DNA from: Welwitschia mirabilis
Taxonomy: Eukaryota
DNA: 62,138 nucleotides
Direction: 5' to 3'
Assembly: GCA_051453625.1 (NCBI GenBank)
Contig: JBOZIK010000001.1
Coordinates: 19,469,583-19,531,720, forward strand
Positions 23,901 through 37,720 of the stretch are shown one piece after another (position 1 is the first letter of the stretch; each line of letters opens with the position of its first letter). Below the pieces are notes generated by a model. That model ran no database searches. It saw only the letters and a program-made list of their open reading frames with translations, and was not told the origin of the DNA. The position numbers and the translations under genes are program-made.

Positions 23901-26047
23901 GTGGATGCATGCTTACAAATGACCCTTGCTTTCTTGAAGCATCTTTAGATGGTTGCAACATGATTCATTGATGCTAAGGGATCAAGAAAATAATTCAAAG
24001 TAAGTTCATACATAGGTAAGGTAGGAGAGTGGTGATTAAATCCACTTCTAGGAGAGTGTTATATATAAAAAAAATGTAATGCAACCCACCTTAGTGATGA
24101 AATCCAAGTAGAGAGATGAACATTACTAGAATTATCTTAATTTATTCCTGTTCAATGAATACACCATATAAATAAATGCAAATAATTCTAACTAATGTAG
24201 ATATTTAATGAATTATTTACCTAGTTAGACTAATTCTAATCATCATTTGATTCATTTTATAGAAACAACCATAGAAAGAAAGTAAGCATACAAGAACATT
24301 TCTATATTCAAGATTATAATAATAAAAATATAAATAAAGGAAATATTCTTCTCTTTTATATCTAAATAAAGGAAATATTCTTTTCTTTTTCTTTTAATAA
24401 TAATAAAAATATTCAAANNNNNNNNCAAATAACATCTTAATAATGTAATTAAAAAAAAAAAAAACATACTTAAAGCTATGCCAATCTTAGAAACATTCTT
24501 TCATGCTCATATGACAGTCTTTATGGATTGGTGCAACGAAGGTTAACAAATAAAGTATAGCTCAAACATAATTGTTAAGATATAAGTCTTTATCCAATAT
24601 TTATATGGCTATATTATAAGTTAATAAAAAAATAATAAGCTAGAGACTACTTATGTTACTTAAACTACTAAAGTAAAAACTTTTACAAGCATGCACATTC
24701 AAAGTATGTGAAAGAAAAAGAGTAAAAGAGGTATTTCTACAAATAAATATCACTTATAGATAATATAACTTAAATTTATTGATAGAAACATATTTTTTAT
24801 ACTCAATTTTCCTATAAAATTTTGTTTATAATTTTTTATAATGTTAAACATTAATTATAAAATTCTTGAGCTTTAAGAAGACATCATAGTTAAAAATTAA
24901 TAATTAATTTATAATGAAGCCAAAAATAAATTAAGTTAGATTTTTAGAAACTAAAAACATAACAAGATTTTCATACTAACTTAAACTATCTTGGAATTCT
25001 AAAAATATTATTTCTAATATTATCATTTAAGGCTAAAAACTATCAAATTTTATAAAATTACAGTCCTACTGCACTACACTAAAATGACTATAACTTTAAA
25101 AAATTTCTTTGAGTTTTTAAGTGATTTAGTATGTTTTAGAAAGCTTATTCAATTTCCTATAACTTATGATGCTCAAGTTTGTAGATATTTTAACAGATAG
25201 GTACAAAAACATAAATTACTTTCTTACTGTTTTCTTTTTATAATGTATTTAAATAAATAATTTTTTACAAAAATAATTACACATTAGAAAAATTACTATT
25301 ATACATTTTCACATTCATAACACAATCCTAGACTTACAGAAAAACATTCACTAATTTATACCTACTAATTAATAAGATATGGTGTTTTTTTCCTATGCCT
25401 CTACTTTGGGAATTTAATTTTTTCTATAACAAAAGTATGATAAAGTTTTTACAAGTAGTTAAATAATAACTTAGATCATTAAAATAATAGATATACTAAA
25501 TAATTACTTATAGAAAGAAAAATCAATTGTATAAAGCAAAATCATTACAGAAATAAAAATTAAATCAATTTAAAAAGAACCATTTACTATGAGCCTTGAG
25601 ATTTTTCATGAAAGAGTACTAGCCTAAAGAGATTTTTGAGGATTAGAATTTTCCCCTAATAAGATGGTTCTAATGCATAATAGATTAAAAAAATTTAATA
25701 CTAAAATAAACATGGGTACCCCTTTTTTTTAAAAAAAATATTAAGCCCCTGGTCAGTTGGCCATAGTAATCCTCCATCCCTAAGCACAAGAAACTCCTCA
25801 TATTTCACTATAATGTCTTGGTGATAAGGAGTGAGCTATATTTTATAACACAATTGCATAAAAGCCATAAATAATTTTCTAATAAAATATGTATCATTCC
25901 AATAGGAAAAAAATCATATGGACGATATGAGTAAAGAGATTACATGTAAAGATTAGTAAGACCTTAGTAGTTAAAGATTGATGAAGATCCAAGCTTAGGA
26001 GTTTCTTAGCTCTAAGCTTATAAGATCCAAGCTACAAAGCAAGAGAA

Positions 26048-26049
<2 letters not shown>

Positions 26050-26086
<37 letters not shown>

Positions 26087-26644
26087 NNNNNNNNNNNNNN
26101 NNNNNNNNNNNNNNNNNNNNNNNNNNNNNNNNNNNNNNNNNNNNNNNNNNNNNNNNNNNNNNNNNNNNNNNNNNNNNNNNNNNNNNAAGAGTACTAGCCT
26201 AAAGAGGATTTTGAGGATTAGACTTTACCCCTAATAAGATGGTCCTAATGTATAATGGATAAAAAATATAATAATAAAATAAATATGGATACCCAAATTT
26301 GTTTTTTTATTTTAAATAGTAAACCCCCTGGTCACTTGGCCATAATCATCCATTAATAACCCTCCATCACCAAGTACTAGAGATCCTTCATATCTCATTA
26401 TAACATCTTAGTGAAAGCCAATGGAAGTGAATAATATTATATAATATAATTGCATAAAAACCATAAATAATTTCTTAATGAAATATCACATCATTTCAAT
26501 TGAGGAAAAAAATCATGTGGACAATATGAGTACAGAGCTTACTTAGGAAGATTGAAAGACTTTGATAGTTGAAGATTAATGAAGATCCAAGCTCAAGAGT
26601 CCCTTAGTTCCAAGCTTTAAAGCAAAAGAATGAAAAATAGAAAT

Positions 26645-26695
<51 letters not shown>
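26050..26695. repeat. Two (GA)n microsatellites (~26051-26086 and ~26650-26695) within the LTR
   Basis: Visible AG dinucleotide runs; the first abuts an N gap. Confidence 0.9.
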
Positions 26696-26696
<1 letters not shown>

Positions 26697-29600
26697 GAAA
26701 AAGGAAATGCACTTGCATAAAATAAAAGGAAAATATCATTTTTTACAAGAGAAAAAATGATCTCTCTATATACAGATAAACAAAGGCACATAGATCAAAT
26801 ATCACAAGATCACATGATTTAGCATTGATAAGTAGAATAAGTAGTAAGTGACATTGAAGTACAAAAAGAGATCATATTTATGACTCATGTACTTAAGTAG
26901 GGTAAGTAATCTTTTTGCTTTAATTATTAAGGTTATTTACATGCATCATTTTCTAATGCTAACTTTTTTAAATCCTTCATAGGCTTATAAGTAAGTTTAA
27001 TTCATCCGAGACATGCACCAAAAGAATAAATGCCCAAGTCTCAAAATTGTTACGTGGCATAATGAGATAAACTCTTCAATTCCAATAAATAAAGCAATGA
27101 GCATGCTATGAACCAAGTGCCCTTACACATCTCAATAATATAAAAGTCATGGTAGAGTAATTTTACTTATTTATCATTCTTGGTTTTAGGTAAGAGTACA
27201 TGTACTTGTTCAATTGCTTTTAAAATGCATAAAATCTATCAATCTTATAACATAATGAAGACAATATTTATTCATAATGTAATACACCTATCACATTTAC
27301 CAAGAACTTAAATGAGTAAATAAGATGCAAAATATATTATTATGTCCTCATAAAACTTTCAATTTATTAGTTTTGTCATATGAATTTAATTCCTTACATA
27401 ATGGGATTATGTAATTTTAAATGTTTGGATAGATTTTCTCATAAAATCTTTTAACATAATTTTTATCATTTTTATGATATAATTATAAAGATTACAAACT
27501 AAGGTTAATTTTAACATAACATATTATTTGATAAATAAGTTAAATAAGCATAATTATTTATTTGATTAAAAGTTTTATATACTTATTATTCAAGTAAATA
27601 AGGTTTACAAAATATGAGATATGAAATTATCCCCCACTTAGACTGATTCACTTATGAGAATCAAGATACATAAAGAGCTTAAGAACATCTAATTACATGT
27701 TATAAAAATAAAAAATATTTGGGTATTAACTTTTCACAATTTATTACTACTCTTTTTGCATTAATCAATTCATAACCAAACTAATGTCATATTTTTCTAA
27801 GTCAATAATAATTGATTGTATTTAAAAATCTCCCCCACTTATAGATAAAGTACAACATTGTTTTGATATCTTTGCCTTTTCTACACCTCTGCTATACTCT
27901 TGGGTTGAAGCATGGGTATTTTAATAGCAACAGAAGAAAGAAGACTATTAATAAAGAGATTTACTTTATTTTCTTCATCTAGATGCATATGTGACACATA
28001 TCCTACTAATTCTACAAATTTACACTCATGAGATGCTATGGGCACATTATGGACTTGTCTTAGATTGTATAATTCTGTAGCCTTCTAGTGAATATAGAAC
28101 TTGATAATGTACCTCTTCTTAAATATGTGCTCAATTTCCCTTCATGAAAGTTCCAGATCTCCTAACTTGGTCATTTTTGTTTTCCACCATAAACGAGCTT
28201 CGTCTTATAATATATAAATAACTAAGGAAGTCTTTTCATATTCGTCACATCTGAAGATACTTATAACTTTTTTAACATCACTTAGTCATGCTTCTGCTTT
28301 GGAAAGATCTGAACCTTCTAAAAACTTTGATGGATTTAGCTAATAAACATTTGAATTAATTTTCTCATACCCACTTCCTCAAGTTGATTGATACCATTGT
28401 TTACTTGTGGGTTTTGACCTTGATTTATTATTTGTGATAGAAACTACATGAATGTATTCATTAATGTTTCTAGATTAAGGTTGAATGGGGGTTGATTTCC
28501 ATCATTAGGTTGCTGATTCTCTTGTGAGTTCTCTTGATTTTGATTACTTGGTAAAATTGGCTTGGATTAAAGGTTTAACTAATGATAATAACTCATCTAA
28601 AAGAGAGGGAAATTTTCATGAGATTATATATGAAAATAGGATAGATCTTATTAAAGGTTAAACTTAGAAATATTTTTATAATCTTAGGAAGGAAATGGTT
28701 ATCATTATGTTGTAACGAGTTCTTATTTATATCTTAAAGTACATAATCAAGTTTATATCCTTTCTTTATGTTTAGTAAATAAGATTTACAAGCTATGAAT
28801 ATAGGCTTTTACTGTAAAGTTATGTGATCAGATAATTTAGAATGAATAACTTGGTTGGATATTTGATTACTTCCAAGGGTTACTGATTATAAAGTATTAT
28901 TTATGTATTTATATTTTTTGCAAAAGGTTAAGGAATCATATAAGATCATTGTCCTAAATTATTAAGATAATTGGAATTCTTCTCAGTAATTATCATCTGT
29001 AGCTATAAGGTAATAGGGTTTTCAATGACTTAAATTCATCATCCTTTTTAGTTTGTTTAAGGATTTAGAATTATCATAAATATAATTAGCATAATGATCA
29101 TCTAGTGGTTAGGATTATAGTTAACCTTATGAATACTTTGGAGCTATCACAAATATAATCAACTTTTAGGATTATTAAGGTGCTAAGATTATGATTAGTG
29201 TAAGCTTTATAATTATTGGAATTAACATAAATGTAATTTGATATATATTTACAAAGTAAAAAAATTATAGGTATAATGGGATTCATGACTATTAGAAGAT
29301 ATGATTAAATTCATGCTTATCTAGGAGTTAAAGTTATCTAGAAATTATTGAGGATATAATTAATTTGACTTGTGATTTAAGATTATTAGGGACATAACCA
29401 ACTTTATAACTATTAGGAATTAAGGTTATTATGGTTACCACTAACTTTATCATTACTAAGAAAAAAGGTTATTCAAAATTTAGTTAGATTTATATTCTTA
29501 TACATTTATAAGTGCTTAACATAAGTATTATTTAAGTTATCCTAGAGCTCTGATACCAATTTGTGACATCCTCTTTTCTCTTATCCTAATTAAGCACTAT

Positions 29601-30056
29601 TTTTTTCCCCTTTTCTCTTCCTTATTTATTTAATATTATTACCTAATACACACAGTGGAACATAAAACCAAATTTTAGTTAATCCTTTATTAGAATTTCT
29701 ATATTCTAAGAAAGACAAATCATACTAATATTATATATTTACCTATAATTAATTTCTAGGTTATTTTGATTTACAAACAATAGCGGTGTCTTAAGATTGT
29801 GCCCTCCATTTCTTCCTAGTTTTTTGTCCCATAAAATATATCTTGTGTATAGTTTAGGAGATTTAAATTTGTTATCAATATACATGGATAAATTTTAAGG
29901 ATAATACCTAACTAATATAATAGGAGGTTGCAACTCCAATTAATGGCATTCCAGCTNNNNNNNNNNNNNNNNNNNNNNNNNNNNNNNNNNNNNNNNNNNN
30001 NNNNNNNNNNNNNNNNNNNNNNNNNNNNNNNNNNNNNNNNNNNNNNNNNNNNNNNN

Positions 30057-30520
30057 TTCTGTAATTTATTTAGATCATAAGGGTAAATTTTGTCAAGGTT
30101 GATTCTGTTAGTTTAGGTTTGCATTATTATTTCAATTCCATTCTAAATTGCATTCCATATTCTATTTGGTATATCTCATAGTTCACATTGATTAGGAATA
30201 AGTAAAGCACTCTTCTTAATTAATATGAATTATAGAGAAGCTAGTTCTTATGACAGGAAAATTAGGATCTAATAGAATTCATTCCACTTCCATTTGCATT
30301 TCATCTTTATTTACTTTGCATTGCATTTTACTTTGTTATTTACTTTTAGTTATTAAAACATACCTTCAAAAATCAATTCTCTAACTCTGAGTTTAGTGCC
30401 TTCGTTCGGATTACAACATTCAAGTGAAATCCCATCTATACTAGTGTATATATTTGCAAGTATTGTGATTTATAGGTTTGACTAAAGGACTTAAGGACTG
30501 CATAAATTCACACCGCAACA
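30057..30520 (+). mobile_element. Athila-family LTR fragment nested in the Tekay-like LTR, left end lost in a gap
   Basis: Ends ...gcataaattcacaccgcaaca; its reverse complement aligns with the LTR terminus at 44115 (tgttatggtgcatatttatgca...ctagtataga). Confidence 0.7.
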
Positions 30521-33500
30521 ATTCTCATTAATAAATATGGAAGAAATGAGACTTACAAAAATTTTTAGAAAGGGAAAATTATAGATAAAATTAAAATCTT
30601 TTGTTAATTAAAGGATTATAACCAAATTCTCACTAGAAACCAACTACCCAAGCATGGCATTCAAGTTGACTCTAATTGTCTAATATGTCAATCTTATCAA
30701 GAAGATTCTCAACATCTCTTCCATCAATGCAGATTGAGCTCAAAATTAGTAAGAGTTATAATGAATTATTACAAAAACTAGAATGTATCTAAGATGTACA
30801 AAAGAGATGGGATTCACCTAACTTTGTGGCAGATTTAATGCACATGCAATAAGGTAATATTCAATAACATCCCCTTTCCATTCCCTATAAATACAACAAG
30901 GAAGACTAAATGGTATTATTTGCAAATTAAGGCATCAGTGGAAGCAACTCCAATAATTGAACTGTCAGACTCGAGCTTGTTCAAAGGGTGCCTTATGCTC
31001 TAAGATAAGGTGCAAGCTTTGGGATGCAGAGCTCTCTTGCACAAGCTAAAAGTAGAACCTAAGGCCAACATTGCCTATTTTATAGAAGATGAAGAGGGGA
31101 AAGAATCACATTTAGAAGAATTCCCATCAAGATTACAAAAGGATCCATTTCCCTCTTTCTAAATATTCTAGCAGCAGGGGAAAGAATCCCCCTTAAGAGC
31201 AAAGCGCATCGGGAGGCCTTCCACTTCTTCTTGGGTAGCTTTCCAAAATTGGCTAGTGGTCATATTAGTCATAAGGTGCTTCCACCTCCATAGGAACTAG
31301 GGGTTGAGATGATTGACCACTACTTTATTTAGTTTGGCTATTGTACAAAACTATCAGGGCTGCATTTCACCTTTCTCAAGGCCTTAGACCTAGACATCAA
31401 GTTAACCTTCCCCACTTCTTCATTTAGACTTTCCAAAAGAATGATTTAGTAATGCATTCAGGACTAGTCATGGATCTTTAAAGGGCTGCTATGGACCAAA
31501 GGGCAAGAAAAACCCCTCCTCCCCCCCCTCCCCCATTGGTAATGAAACATAACAGAGACTTCTCCTAAGAAAAAATTGAGAAAAAGGACTAAAACTAATG
31601 AGGCTTCTCATCCCAAGAGGGATACTAAGCAAGAAAGCCCTCGTTCTTAGAGAGGAATAACTCTGCCCTTAGAAGTTCAGGCAGAAGAAGTGATTTCATC
31701 CTGAGCATATGAAGAGACAATTCAAGAAGATCCCCCTATTGAAGCCCAAGATCGGGGTCAAGGGCCTCCTGAGCAAGGCTAAGAGGCCCCCTAAAAGGCA
31801 GAAGATATCCCCAGTCGTAGTTAAGAGTCAAATTCCTATTCCCACTTGAGTTCCTCACCTGAAAAAAGAGATTAATAGCCCCATGAAGATATTGATATGG
31901 ACCATGTAAAAAGAGAAGTCTTACTAGATATAATTCATGGACTAAAAAGATGCCCTTTCTTGATCCTAGAAATTTCTCACAGATCTCACCTATAAGTCAT
32001 TAAGTCAAGTTATTGAAAGAAAGCTCTCAGGTTACATTTAGACAAGAGCCATGCAAAAGGCGAGGAGTTCAAGAAAGTAAATCAGGCATTCAAGGTATTA
32101 GCACATAAAATGGGATGCTTTCTGGTTGAACATCATTATGACAACCTCTTCCCTAACTACAGGGGATACTAGCCCTCTATTTTTTCTAGTTATACATAAT
32201 TTTGTTTTAGCATTTTCTAGTTCCTTATTAAGTTTAGTAGTTAGGGGTGTTTTTGCCCCCAATTTTGCCTTATACCTAGTAGTTCTTGCGATTTCTGCAG
32301 TATGGTTTTTGCTTTGCCAATCAGACTTTTTATTCCTCTCAATATAGGGTGTTTTCATCCCCTTATAAATTTTATTTTAATATAATGCTCATTTTTATTC
32401 AAAAAAAAGGGCTTGCTTAAGAATATTAGTAAGACCTTGATAGTTAAAAATTGATGAAGATCCAAGCTTAAGAGTTCCTTAGCTCCAAGCTTCCAAGATC
32501 TAAGCTCCAAAGTAAGAAAATGAAAGAAAGAAATAAAGAAAAAAGGAAATGCACTTGTATAAAACAAAAGGAAAGTAACTCCTTTTATAAGAGAGGTAAA
32601 GATCTCTATATAGAGATAAATAAAGGCACATAGCTCAAGATCACAAGATCACATGATTTAGCATTGATAAGTGGGATGAGTAATAAGTTATATTAAAGAA
32701 CAAAACAAGATCATATTTATGACTCATGAACCTAATTAGGATGAGTAATATTCTTACTTAAATTAGCCAGGATAATTACATGCATCATTTCCTCATGCTA
32801 GCTCTTTTTAATACTTTATAGGCTCATAAGTAAGTTTAATTCATTCAAGACATGCATCAAAAGAATAAATTCAAAATTTTCATGTGGTAGAATGGGACAA
32901 ACTCTTCAATTCCAATGAATAAAACAATGAGTATGCTATGAACCAAGTGCTTTTACAAATCTCAAGAACATAAAACTCATGGTATAGTAAATCTACCCAT
33001 TTATCATTTTTAGTTTTAGTTAAGAGTGCATATACTTGTTCAAATGCTCATTTATTTCAAAATGCATAAAATTTATCAATCTCATAACACAAGGAAGAAA
33101 ATATTTATTCATAATATAGTACACCTATCATATTTACCACGAATTTAAATAAGTAAATAAGATGCAAACTATATTATTATGTCCTATTGAATATTTATTA
33201 GTTTTATTATGTGATTTTAATTCCTGACATAATGATATTATGTAATTTTAAATGTTTGGGTAGATTTTTTGATTAAACCTTTTAACATAATTTTTATCAT
33301 TTTCATGGTAAATTATAAATATTACAAACTAAGGTTAATTTTAAAATACCATTTTATTTGATAAGGAACTTAAATAAGGATAATTATTTATTTTACTAAA
33401 AGCTTTATATATTTATTCTTCAAGTAAATAAGATTTACAAAATATAATATATGATAGGATGTGCCTTTCTTCATCTTGATATCATGAAGATTTGACTTCA

Positions 33501-35149
33501 AGTATAGCTTGTTATTTAGGGACTTGCTCATGTACAAATTTTTCAACTTTTTCCATAGTATAGCAACAAAATATTCTCTTGGTTTATTAAATAGAACCTA
33601 ATTTACAAGACTTAATCTAATGGTAGTTTAAGCCCTTAGATTCAAATCCTACGTTGTAGTGCCTTATGTAATCTTTATTGAATGAGAAGATCTTTAATCT
33701 TCTTCTGATACAATAAAGTTATTTTTCCCATTAAAGGTCTTTATTTGAAACTTTACCTTTGACATCTTGGAGGCCGCTATAATAGTGCATCATGTAATTA
33801 TCCCCTTTGATAATAATTGTTATAAAACCAAAGGACTAATGTATTTAGAAGATATCTTAGATTGACCATTTATAAAATGGAAGAATTTAGAGTGTAAAAT
33901 ATAAGAATAATAATGGTAAAATAATGTGTAATAACAAAAAAAAGAGACAAGACAGACTAAAATTTAATGTGGCTTAGCAGTTTATCTACCTCCATTAAAA
34001 AGGGGATTCACCTTTCTTATTACAAAAGGAAGAAAAAAATAGGAGAGATTACAACTTAGTTTTGTAAGTAAAAAATACTATTCTATCTCATAGCAAGATA
34101 CACTCTGTCATCAAAGAACCAATAATTCAAACAAGCCAACAATGCTTGTGATGATATACAACTAAATGTGTTATAATGTACAAATCTATTTTGCATAGGA
34201 TATTCTTAGGGCTAGTTACATAAACCTAGGGTTAGGGTTAAATAAGGAAAACCATAAAATAAGCATGCTCTATCATATACTAATTTTGATTCATGCTCAT
34301 CTTAACTAATGACAACATTTGCAAAATAACTAGCTTAGGGTGACAGTAAATTTAAGAAAATGATGAAAGAGCCAATTTAAGGTTTATATTCAAATATCCA
34401 CTACATGAATAAAACATTTATAGGATCTGAAATATTTAGACATGACTTATAGGATAATTATTCTAGTTTTTTATTATTACTCTATGTTGGATTGCATCTA
34501 CATCTTTAAGCATCATTTTATATAAATTTATTCCCAAATTTACTAGCATGAAACTAGCTTTTACACTTAGAAGGCATACATATATCATCTTTTATGAAAG
34601 TACTTTGGTTAATTCTATCATATTTATGTTTTCTCATTGTATAATTTTCAAACTTAAATAATAGAGTCTTATATAATTCAAATGTTTAAAACATTTTGAT
34701 TTTGAAGTATATTAATGTTGGGTAGTCAAACTTTTAGATTATTAATATGTAAAATAAATCATAATACTAATCCTCCTTCTAAGCGGATAAAAAATTTTAG
34801 ATCAAATGAGATCTATTTTAAACTTATAATCATAAAAAATATCTTTTAATAGATTTCTCATAATTTTTATTTTTGATAGCACATTACACTGATTGGACCT
34901 TGGTTACCATACATTTTTTTTATGTCACCTTATATGATTATAATGAACTACAAAGTCTTTAACGTTCTACTCCTTTCCATAAGCTTGAAAGGTCTTAGAA
35001 AAAATATCATAGAGGCTCATATGCATACATACATGCACACACATGCATATGCAAATAGACACACACAATTACAACTACTAAAGAAATAAGTTATCAAAGG
35101 AAAACCTTAACCTATACATTAAATATCCTAGGTGGTTTAAATTTCTATA

Positions 35150-37440
35150 GATAATCATGTAGAAGAAAATCATCTAAGAGGATTATTTAATCAAATTTTT
35201 CTAGCCTTTAAGTTATTTAGACTTGAGTTGTCTAAAAGTTTTATTAAAATATTTGTAACCTACTCTAAAGTTTGAACAAACTATGCTTCATTTTGGGAAA
35301 GTTCATGTATTAAGTAAACTTTTATATTTGTATGATCATAAAACACTATATTTTTAAACATTTTGATTGCTAATTAATTATCCACATATAGCTTTATTGC
35401 TTCTTTCTATGAGAGGTTCAAAGTCTCTAATAATTTAAACATTCATATAACCTCTTTGCTTGCTTCCAAAGTAGACACATATTTTACTTCTATTAAAAAA
35501 TATGTTGCTATCCTTACTACTTGTATCTTTATGAGATTGAAAATAACCCTAAAAAGTTAGGTAATGTGTTATTAATCTCTTAGTAGCCCACCATCAAACA
35601 AAGCTTAAACTTGAAAATGCTTTTATGTTGAACTTGTGATTATGCTTATATTATAAACTAACATTATGTTTCTCATGTAGGTACCTTAGAACCTGTATCA
35701 CCTAGTGATGATGTATTTTCTTGGATCTTTTTTTGTGTACATTTTTAATATTTTAATTGCATATGAAATATCGAATCAAATTTTGGTAACGTATACAAAA
35801 ATTTCAATTAGTCTATGGTAAATATTAGTATTTAGAAAGTTTTCATCTATAATTAACTTAAGGTTTTACTCATTGAAGTAAGTGTGTTTACATAATTTAT
35901 TTAAACTTATACGACATATACTTAATGTACTTTATTTAAGATAATGAAATTCTTTAGTTTTCTAAAAGTACCTTCACACATAGATAATATCTCATTACTC
36001 TAAGGTTAATGATATTAAAGTTCTTGAGTTGATATTCCTTTACATTCTGAATTGTCTTTTTCATGATCCTTAGTTATTACAATTTCATTAATAAATATGA
36101 TAACATAGATGTTAGAATATCATTTAAAAGTATGATAACATATGTAATCCTACCCTTTGAATGTTTGATTAGAAAAAAAAGTTGCATTTATATTCAAGTA
36201 GTTATACAATTCAAATACCCGTTTTGTTAAGCTTTTGTTTAAGCTAGTTGCATTCATCTAATGTAATGAGATCTTCCTTAGACTATGAAAAAAAAAGGAT
36301 ATCTCAAAAAAGTATGTTTTTTCTTTTTTTTTAAAAGGTAAACTTTAGATAATTTATTATTTCTCTATTTTTAATAAGTAAGACTACTTAGGCATGTGAT
36401 TATAATTTGTTAAATGTTGTAGAAAAATCAATGCATAAAATCAAGATCCAAACACTATGAAGTGTCAAAAATTATAATCACAATCTATTCATCATTCATT
36501 AAGTGATTCTTTATTCTTTCTTAGTAGATGATTCAATGTCCAAGCTAAGGTATCTAGGGATTTACCCCACAAATAGACAAGGTGATTCTTAGAGATGAAT
36601 TTTGCTCTCACCATTTCTAGAAGTATGTGATTCATTCCTTTAGCATCCTAATTCTATTATGATGTAACTAAAGCAATTAGTTAATGTGTAATTTCATGTC
36701 TTCTATAAATTTTGAGAATTTTTTAGAGGTGTACACTTCTTTAGTATTTATACATGATGTCTTAATCTGGAATCTTAACTTCTTTTCAATAAATTATTTT
36801 CTTTTGTAAAACAAATATAGGGCTTGAATCTTATGTTTAAAAGTAACTAAGAAAGTAGCAGTGTATGTTTAGAAATGTTAGAATGCACTCACTCTAATTC
36901 GTTATTGAACTTTGATGACTCTTTTTAAATGATTTCCTAGTAGCCTTTCTCAAAACACAAGCTCTACATTCTATAGTTATTACCTACAATCCTTAAGAAC
37001 TCATTTAAGATTGAAGATCCTTTTAATAAAACATGATCAAATCATGTATGTCAAAGATCCTTTTTATAAGGCATTCATGAATCCTTCATCTTGTAAACCT
37101 TACATTAGTATGCTACCTCCTTAAAAGTACTTAAGACAATAATTTCCTATTTTTCTATTAGAGTTCTTCCATTCAAGTGCATCAAGTTTTTAAAATGTCT
37201 AATAAGATAAGATACACATTTTTTCTTGATATCCACTTTCCCACATATTCTTGCCATTTGGAAATTAAATCCCTTTCTTGTTAAGATATAAGTGATAATA
37301 TANNNNNNNNNNAAAAATGTATATAACATTTCTTAATTAGAGTCTTTGTACTTCATTTGAAAGTTGAATCAATACCAACCCGATTACCCTTATTGGTTGT
37401 GTATTCTTTTTTACCATTCACATTGTACTATGAAAAAGGA
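35150..37440 (-). mobile_element. Highly decayed Ty1/copia pol remnant (integrase, RT, RNase H); probably continues at ~45340-46100 and beyond 51195
   Basis: Minus-strand IEVKYVSTLEASKEVI (~35450-35495, cf. TEAEYIA..A.KE..W), FDISYAI (~35770), MNHILLEMVRA...LWG (~36570-36635). Confidence 0.6.
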
Positions 37441-37720
37441 TGTTTAACTTAAGGAGTAAATCCTTGTTAGGATTCCTCTATCAAGCAGATCTGATGTCTA
37501 ATATTCAATAGTTGATGATAGCTTATACATTCACAAAATTTATCTTATCCTAGTTACAAATAAGCATAGAATGCATTTAATGATAAGATCCTAAACATTT
37601 TATGAAATATGTGTCTATCACACCCACAAAGGACATAGAATTTTTAGTATTATAACTAGAAGTATACTTCTATCTTATCTATTTTATTTTACTTAATAGT
37701 CTTAACTCTTTACTTGGATC

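Larger units (their letters stand above)
23373..33456 (-). mobile_element. Ty3/gypsy (Tekay/Del-like) non-autonomous element with very long LTRs, inserted in the copia gag
   Basis: Perfect TSD GGATG (23368-72, 33457-61). LTRs ~23373-27626 and 29562-33456 share both termini. Perfect Met PBS gctctgatacca at 29547-58; PPT ~27627-40. Internal gag remnant LNPSKF..SDLSKAEA*L...DEARLWWK at ~28180-28340. Host gag rejoins as MKKGTS|IINHLNVLNKL. Confidence 0.88.
16852..34396 (-). mobile_element. Full-length but decayed Ty1/copia element (Tork/Tnt1-like), interrupted by a LINE and a gypsy element
   Basis: Diverged LTRs at 16852-17391 and 33818-34396. PPT atctccaccttg after 17391, degenerate PBS ~33805-33815. 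Gag from 33765 (MSKVKFQIKTFNGKNNF); WHRYLEH ~22480; integrase VQSDVWGPS (ORF 22126-22404); RT remnants FLHCELEE, KLKNSLY*LRQS..WCKRF, LVLY. No TSD found. Confidence 0.85.
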
